Under the pieces are notes generated by a model. The model ran no database searches, was not told the origin of the DNA, and saw nothing but the letters and a program-made list of their open reading frames with translations. Below are positions 13,381 to 25,300 of a stretch of DNA of 64,000 nt, piece after piece (position 1 is the stretch's first letter; each line of letters opens with the position of its first letter). Source of the DNA: Yuukianura sp. NJ FZ-2021 (lineage: Eukaryota). Location of the stretch: the NCBI GenBank assembly GCA_046563655.1, contig CM102283.1, positions 868,001 through 932,000 on the forward strand. Direction: 5' to 3'. A program made the position numbers and the translations under genes.

Positions 13381-16300
13381 TTACATGCACATAGTCTGGA
13401 AGTCCTTTTCTTTTGTACTGGAGCACCACCGAACGCAGGCCCAGATGACAAGCACAAAGGCAAAGTTGAGGGAACAAGTGATTCCGATCACCACCAACAC
13501 GTCGTCAGTTCCATAACAAACGTCAACGGAAACAGCCGAACGTTTCACTTGACCTAGGCCAACAACGGGGTCAGAGGTCAAGTTTTTTCCGTCCGAGAGT
13601 TGCGGCGACGTTGAGCTGACAAGCGGTTGACTCGCTTCAACAAAATTTTGATTGTCGGATTCTCCTGGAAATGATTCGGAGTCTTCTTCTTCCTCCGATT
13701 GATCTACTGGAGGCTCAAATTTGATTGGTTGCGGATATGGAGTGGTTGAGGTTGTGGGAGTATTGCGTGGGGTCACGGGGTCATCCGGGGGGTCAATTTC
13801 CCAGTGCTGGAGGTCAACTGGCCTTGACCTCTCTGGTTGCTTCGGGGGATGGAGCGGAATGGAGTCGAGGATCATTCGGTACACGACATCCCCCTCAAGC
13901 CCTCCGCCATCTAACTTCTTCAAGGCGTGTCGTATTCTGTGGAAGTTTGAGGACGGTTCGGTTCGACTCGGCAAGTCTCGGCTACTGCCTTCGGCATATT
14001 TTGAAGGCGAATTCCGCTTGAACCGGCTCACTCGCTCCCCCAAAGCTTCAGTTCCGTTTTTAAAGAAATTTAGCACCTTGACAAGGCCAGCTCGAATGGT
14101 AAAGAGGAACGTGTGGTGGGGCTGTGGTGGCTCAGGAGCTAGAACGGGCGGTGGGCCTTCATCGGCTCCACCTAAAATTTAAAAATCCAAAAAAAACAAC
14201 ATTAAAAACAGTCTAACAGTCTAACAATTGTTTTCTTCAGAGTTGAAAACATGAAACAAAAATCTAAAAAAGCAAAATTTTTAGAATAAAAGAAAATGCC
14301 GAGCACAGCATATTTTCTTATAATCAAGAAATTCAATAAAGGAAATGTCGAGAAAAAACGGAAGGAAAGTAATATTTCTCAAGGTCGAAATTCAAAGATG
14401 AAGAGACGGAAAAACGCCACTGCAACGCATTAGACTTCTTCAAATTAGGTAATCCAATTGTTCTTTTTTCTCAAAATGTCATATTGAACCAAAAAAATTT
14501 TCAAAAAGCAAAATTCCGAAAGTGAATGTACTGAAATTTTACGGTTCCTGGTTTCAGAACCACAGAACCGGTCTGAACTTTTTCCCGTTGAAAGTGAATC
14601 GTGTCCATATGAAAATTTAGGTGAGTGGACTCAGATGAAATGCCAAAATAGTAATGGAAACGTTTCTCTTTGAAGATTGGCGCTGAAAGTTGCAGAACTT
14701 GGCGGAATGAGAGACTGAGGATATAAATTTGAACTGAGGAAATTAAATTATTTCACTCTCCTGCTCTCTCTCCCTCCTGTCTACTTTCTCCTTGAATCTG
14801 CTTAAGTCCCACCAAAAACACTTTTTCCATACCTCCAACCACAAAATCCAAAAAACGAAGCCTCCCTCCAAAATGAGATCGTCAAAATTTAAATTTTCGT
14901 GTCCTCAAAAAGAGATAATGGAAATTTTAAAAGTTGGACAAGAAAATTCTTTTGTCTTTTTAAAAAAAAAGATGAAGTTTGTAAAAAATTTGTCAAAAGT
15001 AGGAATTAGGTCTATGTTCACCAGATGGTGACATCAAAGAGGATTGATTGCACAAAGGAAAATGAAAATTAAAAGTCCACCAAACAAAGAGGAACTAAAT
15101 TTTGTGTCTGTTTGTTTGTTTTCCTATTTCGCAACTTCTGTTTTTTTTCTGCGCTTTTCCAAATTCTCAAATTGGAAAATGTTTCATTAGTAACATAGTG
15201 TAGATTTTTGGCCAAATGTCACTTTCATCCGTGAACGAGACAAAAAGTGACAGATGACGCAGCAGAGTTCAAAATTAGTTTCAGACACACAGACGGTGTT
15301 TACCTTTTCCTAGATACACTTCATCTTCATCTTCATTAGTAAGGTAGGGAAGAGCGTACTGTGGTACTGTGGTACTGTGATTCTGACTGTGGACCTAGCA
15401 CACCGTCAGAAATGAGAGTAAACTCGTCTTTTTTTCAAACACGTCTCTGGTTTTTACTGTACTGTAGGACGAGGGCGAAAGGGGGGTGGGTTGAGATTCT
15501 GTCTCTCGCGCCAGAACACTTATTTCGAAATTCAACTTTTTTTAAACTTAAATTACGCAGCTGTTAGGAACAGCTGAAGTCACTTTAGTTTATTAAGTTT
15601 TTATTTGTAGTAAGTATTAATCGGACAAGTAGTAATAAACTTAATTGACGTGAGTCTTCAACTGGTGACACCGGAGATTACCCTGAGTACGTGAATTCGG
15701 AAGCCGACAACGTCCAAATCGTAAGCGACCGACATGAACCAGAATCGACACATTAAAATTATTGTGCTTATATCTGTTTTAACTTATACTACGTTCTTGT
15801 AGGCATACGACTGAACCCTGTCAATTAATTCGGGCTCCCGAATTCATCCGAAGAACCTTCAAAAAAAATCAAAAGACAAATGCGACAAGGGCCGGAGCAT
15901 GCAAAGAAAAACTTCTATCGATTTGGATAACAGGAATCAACAGATGGAACAAGATTATTCCAGCGATCCCTAAATGGAGTAGATGGAAATGAAGTACGGA
16001 GCCGTATCAGAATGCTGCTTTCATCGTTTCGGCAGCAAGATTTGAGAAATAGATTTTGTAAGTTTGTTTGTAGAACTTTGATACTTCAAATACCCTTCCA
16101 ATCTACGAGACTAGAACCAACTGATGATTCGTTTTTTCTAAAATAGGAGGGCACATCTACGAAGCTGCAGCGAATCAGCATAACAATGACGATGAAGCGA
16201 AGGCTGCGGGATACAACATTCGACACTACTCTCTTTACGATTTTAAAACCGAAATGTATGCGATCAGAGTTTTAAGGGCGCCCAAGTTAACACTTAATAG

Positions 16301-19300
16301 ATTATAGATAGAATTTCTTTTAAAAACGTTTTTGGAAATAAAATGGAATTATTTTCTAATTCTAGAAGTTCGGATTTTTTCGGATTTTCCTAAATTTTAA
16401 TTCTAACTCTCCCCAAAAACTACAGTCTTACAGTACGTGGTGTGCAAAATCCCTAACTCATGTTCTTACAATCAAGTACGGTAGGAATTTGGTGTGCCAC
16501 CGTCACAGTAAGGTTTACAGTACGCCCTTCCCTACCTACCTATTAGCTCTGAAAATGCAGAAAACAGTTTCAAAAAATTCAAATTTCGACAACTGTGCCG
16601 CCATAATTTTTTGAGAAAAATTCGGATTCCTAACGAGCTGACTTGCACATGTTTCTCAAAGTTTTTTGAAACCCAAGCAAAAACTAAATAAAGATTTTCT
16701 TACAAAAAATTGAAAATTGTTCTTAATTTGTTAAAATTTATTTAGAAAAGTTTCTATTCTTAAAACGTTTTTCAACCGTTTTGCAAAAACAGCTTTTTAA
16801 ATTCGGTGTTTTGCTTTCTGCTATGAACGTTTTTCTCTTTTTGCTGTTTTTCCTTTATCGGCAAGCATGCCAACACAAAAAACGAAGCATTTCCTTTAAG
16901 CACCCCGGAATGCTACTTTTCATAAATCTTTTTTGTAATATTTGGTCTGCTAAAATTTGTACCAAGGCCACAAACAGTCTGTGACTGGCTTCTGTTGAGC
17001 CTTTATTGAATTAAACTATTGTGTCCTGCTGTTGATTAGTTTAGGTTCTAGCTAGGTTGAGGACACAAGGGGTTAGGTTTTAGTTAGGTTAGTGACAAAA
17101 GAAGTTAGGTTGGTGACAAAGAGGGTTAGGCTGAGTGGTTGTTAATTGAATTTGTGGTCGGATGGAAGTTAGGTTGAGGAAGTGAGTGTGTTTGATTCGT
17201 GTGGTGAAGACAGAAGGTGCCTGATAAAGCGAGAGTAATTGGAGTGGTGAAAGTGAGTGTCCAAGGGAGACTGAGCAGCAGGGTGTCGCATCTGGATGGT
17301 TCAATTGTCTAATTTCCGCTTTCTTGTGGGCAGCCTGATACGGGAAGTGGCTCAGGTGAGTGAAAGTGGCACTGAAAAGTTAGGTTATATCTCACCTAAC
17401 CTTGTCTGACCTAACTTAAAGAAAGTGGAAGTGGCGGAGGCGTCTGAGTGAAGGATGGGCTGCGCTTCGGTGGTGATGGAGAGAATTCTTACAAAGTCTT
17501 TTGCTTTCTCCTGGGGAGGAAGGCGGAAGTAAGTCACTGGACCAGAAGTAACGAAGGAAATGGAAAGGCAGCAGTCAAACCATCTATTCCCTGCAGTACT
17601 CTCAGTTGGGTTAGTGGTATAAGGCCTAACTTCCTGTTACTTCATACTTTCCGCAAAAAACACAGCGTCCAAACTCAAATTGGATCCAGCGTGGTACTTT
17701 AGACTTCAATAGTCTCGCGGACAGCTGAACAGACAGGGTTATACTTTAGTTAGAATAAATTTTAGAGCAATCTTATGTCAAACGGAGTTAATGAAAAATG
17801 GTTGTGGCCTTCACTGAAGAATTTATTGGTAAATACAAGAAAAAAAATTTTTTTTGTTAAATTTGTTTCCCATTGCTTGAATTTTTTCTTGACTTGGAAT
17901 TTTGAAATTCTTAGAAATTAGCCCGCAAACTTTTTGAGCGGTTCGGACTTAGAAATTCCTTAAAAAGAGCTAACAATTACTATGAGTGATTTGGAATTTA
18001 GAAATTCTTGGAAATTATAAACCAATTACTTCGCCTGATTTTTGTAATTTTATAATTCTTGGAAATTACACAAACAATAAGCTTTGTGTTTTGAAATTTG
18101 GAAACCTCAAGAAGCTTATAGCATCTATTAATTTTTTTTTATTTGTAAATTTTAAATGCCAGTCAAGGGAGTTTATTCGCCAATTTGTCTGAGTGGAATT
18201 TGGAAATTTCCGAGAAGAGAAAATTTATGTTTGGCTCCTAGGCGTACTTTGGATGGTGAGCGGTTGACCGCAGAGATGTTTCTCATTCATGTCTCCCTTT
18301 GGACTTGGTTCTGGAAGTGTGCTTGAGATGGATGGGCTGAGTGGTGAAAGCCAAGTGACTCTTCGAAAGCACTTTTGAGAGCGCAGCTTTCAAACTACTT
18401 TCGAAAAGTTGGTTCATTTCGGCGCTTGTTTGCCCTCCACACTCATTTCATCTGAAAACTTTGTCTTCATCTGGTGCTAGGTGGACAGACGGCCAGTCAC
18501 CTGCCTACTTTGATTTCAAAACATCACTTCCACGCCCTACTTTACGCCACTTTCCATGCTCAACTGGTCGTTGCCAAAAAAAATTTTTTTTTGTCGCACT
18601 TTTTCAAATTTTGAAAAACTTGTGTCCCGCTGCAGGAGAAAAGAGAGGGTCCAGTATGTTAGATGAAACAGCAGTGGGTTGAATGTTCTCTTATTCCTGC
18701 TTGATCCCTACAGACTTCTGCTAACCATAACCTACTGGAAGGCGCAGAGAAAGTGCGGAGAAAGAAGATTTTATTAAGGAAAAAGACCTGCTTCTCCCCA
18801 AATCCTTCTTCCAAATAATGGACGACGGTGCACAATCAAATGGAAATGTTCGACGGAGGCAGAAATTGGGCAGACAAAAGGGAACTACAAAGAACAGTTT
18901 CTGCCGGCCAGCAAAAGTAGAGTTCTTGCCCGCTGCCAAAAAAATATAACTGGCAGTACAAGGAAAAAAGCATTGTTTTATACGAGAAAAAAAACATTTA
19001 CTACTTGCTAAGATCTAACCGGTCCCACAAAACAGTTTCATCCGGCTACATAAACGAGCTCTTGCGGGATATGTATCATGGTTTTGGCCAGCTACGTAAT
19101 AGAGTTTCAGCCGGCTACATAAAGAAAGGGGGTTTCAGCCAGCCACTTCAGAGAGTTTCAGCCGGTTGTTAAGAAAGTTTCAACCGGCTGTAACATTCCA
19201 AGTCACTTTGTATTCTGCTGAAATGAAAAAAAATACTAAATTCTTGGTTTTAATTTTTTGCAATCTACCAGCAAAGATTTTCTGCAAAAAAATTGTAATC

Positions 19301-22300
19301 TTATTAGTCTGAAGAAAAATTCTCTCGGACAACTTTTTTTTGATCTGCCAGGAGTTCACCCAAGAACAAAAGTAGTTTACGCCGGTCGCCAACAACAGTT
19401 TCTGCCGGCTAAAGGCCTTTGAGCTTGATACGAATAACGAGTTTTTCTGCCTACTACAAACGAATTTCTGCCAGATACAAAAAGAGGAAGGAGGTTCTGC
19501 CGGTCAACAAAGGAAAGTCCGCGAGAAAGCAGAATTTGAAATTACAAAAAGACGCATCTGCCTTCGTCCAACTTTCACTTTTATCCTCTGCCCATCTTAT
19601 GGTTGGATTTTTTCTTCTGATGTCGAATATTGAATATTTTTCCCAATCTTGGAATATTATGGAGTCATAAAAACTGGAAATGACCCCGTTCAAAAAGAAT
19701 CCAAGGCCTTACTATACTTTCTCTCCATTTTTTATAAAACCCGAATTTCCTGACTTTACTTATTTCCTGAAAAGGAAATTTTAACTTTTATATTTTCCTG
19801 TTTTTTTTTTCTTTTTTGCAAACTAAAAAAGACATAAATAAAAGTTATTTTTCAACTTCATTGGACTCCCCCTTTGGAGAAATGGAGAGGAATAAAAAAA
19901 AAGAAAGAAAAGAGAGGATTTTCTCTGACTTTCCAATTACAGCTCGGCGCTCTCGCTTCACATCTTTGCTCAGGATTTGTTCAATTGTTCATTTTCAAAA
20001 AACGAACAGAAAAAAAAACTGAGAGGTAAGAGAAAGCGAGTGGAGTGGGGTTTGGGGTGGGGAGCTGCTTTTCTTCTACTTTCTAGAAACATGAGTCCAC
20101 GGTCTTGAGAAAGGTAGAGTTCATTTAAATGGATTTCTGTCCCATTTGAGTCGTAATGGACATGGCTAAAAGAATGTTTGGTTGAAGTAAGGCTGTCGTA
20201 GACAAGGTATGTTTGGTTGAAGGCTGAATGTTGGTTGAAGTGAGGTTGTTGTAGACTTGTAGACATGAGAGGAATTTAAGGAGGGTAAGACATGACATAG
20301 AGAAATGGAGGAGAAACTAAGGTGCTTTCTCCTGTCTCTCCGTCCGTTGTTGTGCTAATGGCACTAAAACATGATTTACGACCACGCAAACTTCATTTCA
20401 TCATCATTCGTTCCAAATACAACAGAATTTCACATGCGACATGACTACCCATCAACATCACTTTCATCGGCCAAACTCCGAGGACAGGAGAGGAACTAAA
20501 CAAAGTCAAGTGGGGCCTTAACTATGTGAAGTGGGGCATTCGGTGGGGCTTTGCGTGGGACAAAAGATAGAACAAAGAAGTTAAAGAACGAAATAGAAAT
20601 AAGAAGTAAAAGTAAGATGACAGTTGTTGTTATTTTGTGGAAATGGAAAAATGGGCACGAGGATTTTTTGAAAACCGTATTCCAGCAACAAATCGGTTTC
20701 GATAACCCGCTTTACTTTTTTTCTCCATCGCTTTCACTTTTCCTTTCTTCGCTTCACTTCTCTCACATAAAAACAGAGTTTCAAATTACACGAATTTGAA
20801 ACTTCTTTTTTTTTCGTTTTTTTTTTTCTGAAAGTTTTACTATACAAAGAGAAAGTTATGGTCGCAGCTTTTGAGCTTAAGGATTTAAAGTGCTTTTAGG
20901 ATAGGGACAAAAATTGAATTCTTTGCGGCAGAATTTTTTGAAAACACTTCTCGTCCCATCATTTGCACAACTTTGAACGTTTAACTTTCGGCGGCAACAG
21001 GTAACAGGATTCACCGGTCAAAAAACTATCATATTTTGAAAAAGGAGTTTTAGTTTATAAATTTTTCTAACGTTCGGTTTTTGATTTTGTTAACCTAAAA
21101 GTTTACACCAAGTTTGAACAAATAAGAGTGAAAGCCTTTTTAAAGCAAAAAATCAAGCAGCTTTTGCTGAATGCGCTTCCATTGCAAAATGTTACGATTA
21201 AAATTAGATTTAAAATGTTAATCAGGGTTTGAACTAAATCCGTGTTTTGGATCACCTTTTGGCTGAAGACTGGAAGAAAACTAGAATCTGTTTCCTAACC
21301 TAACACTGCCTTTTGAATAATGAAATTTTGAACAGTTTTGACACAATGTTGAACGAGGAAGTCAGTGAAATGGATGAATGATGATTCATGTCAAGCAGGG
21401 TTTAAGGTTAAACAGAAACCGCAACAACTGCGTATCCACCAGGCACCTAGCCTAACCTGCTGTTGTTCAACCTAATGTTAACCTAAGTACAACACAATCG
21501 TAACCTAAGCACATCCTAATCGAGTCGAAACGTGGAGACTCACTGGGTATAATTGGAGACGAGACGAGGAGACATAAGTGCTTGGAGAGACTTTAGGATG
21601 AGCCCACATTCAGGTATAGCAAGCCATTTCGTCGAATGGATTACTGCGAAACAAGTTATTTCGAAAAGCCAATTACTCCGAAACGAAAATTACTGCAAAA
21701 GGTCATTTTAAAGTAGAACTAGGTGATTCTATGTCAGAAATAAAGTTAGGCTGGGTTAGGCAAAATATGATTAGTAGGTTTGATCAAGCTCTAAATCACT
21801 AAGGTTAGTTTTTATTTGCTTAGGAAATACTTTTCGAAGTAATTAGACTTTCGAAGTGATTTCTTTCGCAGTAATTCATTCGACGAAATGGCATACAACC
21901 CTCGCTGCCATGTTTCGTGGGATTGAAGGATGGGAAATTAGGAGATTATGGGAGAAGAGACTCCGTTTAGAACAAAGTCTGCTTAGAACAACCTCTCTTT
22001 AGCGTTGTTTAGAAGAAGCTTTGTGTTCAAACAAGACTTCTCATAAATGTGGAGAAAGCCTAAGCTCCAATACAATGCATTAGACTCGTGGAGATTGCCA
22101 TATGCCAGTCCAAAACCACCTCAATCCTTTGGCTGATTGATTTTTATTTATTTCCACTCCTCTGCCCCCTTTCTCTTCCGTTTCAACACACACTTTTCAC
22201 TCAAACCTCATTCAAATCCATGCTTCACTGCGGATTCTACATTACGCAGATTTAAGCATTACCAAATCCAATTCCAATCCGGATTTTAAAAAACTCTTTT

Positions 22301-25300
22301 CATGTCCATTTTATTTTTTACCACATTTAGTACTAAATTACGTTTTTATGTATAAATATATTTATATTTTACTTTTCAGAGTTAGAAAACCAGAAAATTA
22401 GGACGTAGTGATAAAGAAAGTTGGAAATCTCTCCATGCGTGCGCGGAGTGACACCGCCAAATGTGTATAGTGCGCAATGTATTGTAACGTGCGTGTTGTA
22501 GTGCCTCCAATGGCAAACGAGTCGAGCTGTACCCTACCCATGCATTTGTGATGTAAACTATGAAAATGCTTTCAGTGCGTTATACCGATTTGTTGTTGTG
22601 TTGACACAGGTAGCACAAGGCAGTGACTGGCTGTGGTTTGGACTGACTTCAAAGTGAGTCTCTTATGAACCGAAGCAGTGAAGCAGTGAACAGCAAATAG
22701 AGGATTTGTTTGCACAGAACTCATGAAATGGAAGAGGCTCAATAGGTTCTGGCTAATGACGAAATGATGACTCCACTCAACCGTCATTTTGACAACGCTC
22801 TGACGAATCATTTACTTCAATCCCGTACTAAAATAGACTAAAATGTCGATTTGGACATGTTCCAAAAGTATTTCTATAACTACAAGCAGGATGGAGAAGG
22901 TTTTTTGAGGTTGACGTCCGAAATTTTGAATAAAAATTCAGAATTTAGAATGCAGAAACTAGGAAAACAAGGTAGGGCCATGCTCAAGGGTTGAGCATAG
23001 GTCTTCTGGAGGGAGTTGACAATTGATACGACTTAAACCGGCCCGCCTCAAAAATGGAATAACCTGGAAGAACTAAGAAACCGTTTTCGTAAAATTGATA
23101 CACCAAAACGTCGCTCAACTTTTATTGCGGATGTGAGGTTGCATTTTGTGCACGCGTTACACCAATTTTTTTTGGAAATTCAACAGTTTAATTGCAACAA
23201 AATCATGTTGGAATTGGAAAATTGGAATTTGGAAATTTTCTTACGCTCAAAAGAAAACGTACGCTGCTACCAAGGACGCCCACTAACCATCGTTACTATT
23301 TTCAGGCAGACCAGTACAGAGGCCTAGACCTGCCTTCGCAACCGAAATGCTGTTGGTAAAAATTGTCGTGAACCTCAGTGAGAACGTGAACTCGACTCCT
23401 TGGTAGCTTGAACTGTACGCTACCGAAAGTTCACTGTAACATTAGTGAGTAGGAGTACGACAAGGCTAGCCTTCCCACAGACAACTAAAGTCGTTAAAAG
23501 TGTACGGTATTGTAACTGCGGTTACTTTTCCTTCTAACTTTTTAAATTTTAGTCAAACACTAATGTATCACTAATGTGCTCTACACTTAGGATTTTTCCC
23601 GTTGTACTACAAATATAGGCAAAATATTTGGCATTACATGAGAGCGTTATGCGGTCAGCTTCGTATATGCTTGCATCTTCAGTAAGTTTGTGCCTTACGG
23701 ATTTGGAAATTTTTTTACGCTCAAAAGAAAACTTACGCTGCTACCAAGGACGCTCACTAACCATCGTTACTATTTTCAGGCAGATCAGTACAGAGGCCTA
23801 GACCTGCCTTCGTGACCGAAATCCTGTTGGTAAAAATTGTCGTGAACCTCAGTGAGAACGTGAACTCGACTCCTTGGCAGCTTGAACTGTACGCTACCGA
23901 AAGTTCACTGTAACATTAGTTAGTAGGAGCACGACAAGGCTAGTCTTCCCACACACAACTAAAGTCGTTAAAAGTATACGGTATTCCAACTGCGGCTACA
24001 TTTCCTTCTAACTTTATTTGTTGTATGGTTCGAGCAGAACAATACAACAAAAAAAACACAAGGTGCATAAAGTTGTTCTTGTTTCAAAATTCGGTACCAG
24101 TTCCACCTTAATATTAAGGGGGTGTCTGCTAACCCGGGGTACCAATTTTTTGCCCTCAAAATATAATGCTACGAGCACACAAAAGACAAGTTGAAAGTCA
24201 TTGTTGCTATTTCAACGCATAGCGGAAGCACTTATTTGCATATTGTGCACATATACAACAAAAAAACACAAGGTGCATAAAGTTGTCACAGACGAGATGT
24301 TGTTGCTTTGTAATGCCTTTGTTGTAAAACATAATAGATGCCCCTTTTCAGTACGTCACGACGTCGGTGTTGAGCCGTTGCACAAACTATTGTACTGCGC
24401 GGATCTTAACACTAAGTATTCCAATGAATTTAGCAAGACGTTGCAGACCCGTCTGCTTCAGGGCCAGGAGAAGCTTGTCAAAGTCGAGAAGTTGTTGCTT
24501 TGTAATGCCTTTATTGTAAACAATAATAGATGCCCTTTTGCGGCACGTCACGACGTCGGTGTTGAGCCGTTACACAAGCTATTGTTCTGCTCGAATCTTA
24601 ACATTAAGTATTCCAATGAATTTAGCAAGACGTTGCAGACCCGTCTGCTTCACGGCCAGGAGAAGCTTGTCAAAGACGAGAAGTTGTTGCATTGTAATTA
24701 CTTTGTTGTAAACCATAATAGATGCCCTTTTTCAGCACGCCACGACGTCGGTGTTGAGCCGTTACACAAGCTATTGTTCTGCTCGAATCTTAACACTCAG
24801 TATTCCAATGAATTTAGCAAGACGTTGCAGACACGTCTGCTTCACGGCCAGGAGAAGCTTGTCAAAGACGAGAAGTTGTTGCTTTGTAATGCCTTTGTTG
24901 TAAAACATAATAGATGCCCGTTTTCAGCACGTCACGACGTCGGTGTTGAGCAGGTGCGCAAACTATTGTACTGCTCGAATCTTAACACTCAGTATTCCAA
25001 TGAATTTAGCAAGACTTTGCCGACACATCTGCTTCACGGCCAAGAGAAGATTGTCACAGACGAGATGTTGTTGCTTTGTAATGCATTTGTTGTAAAACAT
25101 AATAGACTCCCTTTTTCAGCACGTCACGACGTCGCTGTTGAGCCGTTGCACAAACTATCGTACTCCTCGAATCTTAACACTAAGTATTCCAATGAATTTA
25201 GCAAGACGTTGCAGACCCGTCTGCTTCAGGGCCAGGAGAAGCTTGTCAAAGTCGAGAAGTTGTTGCTTTGTAATGCCTTTATTGTAAACAATAATAGATG

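Noticed and set aside
13721-14182. Plus-strand 153-aa ORF
   Set aside because: Antisense shadow of the minus-strand exon, which has the splice acceptor and TM segment.
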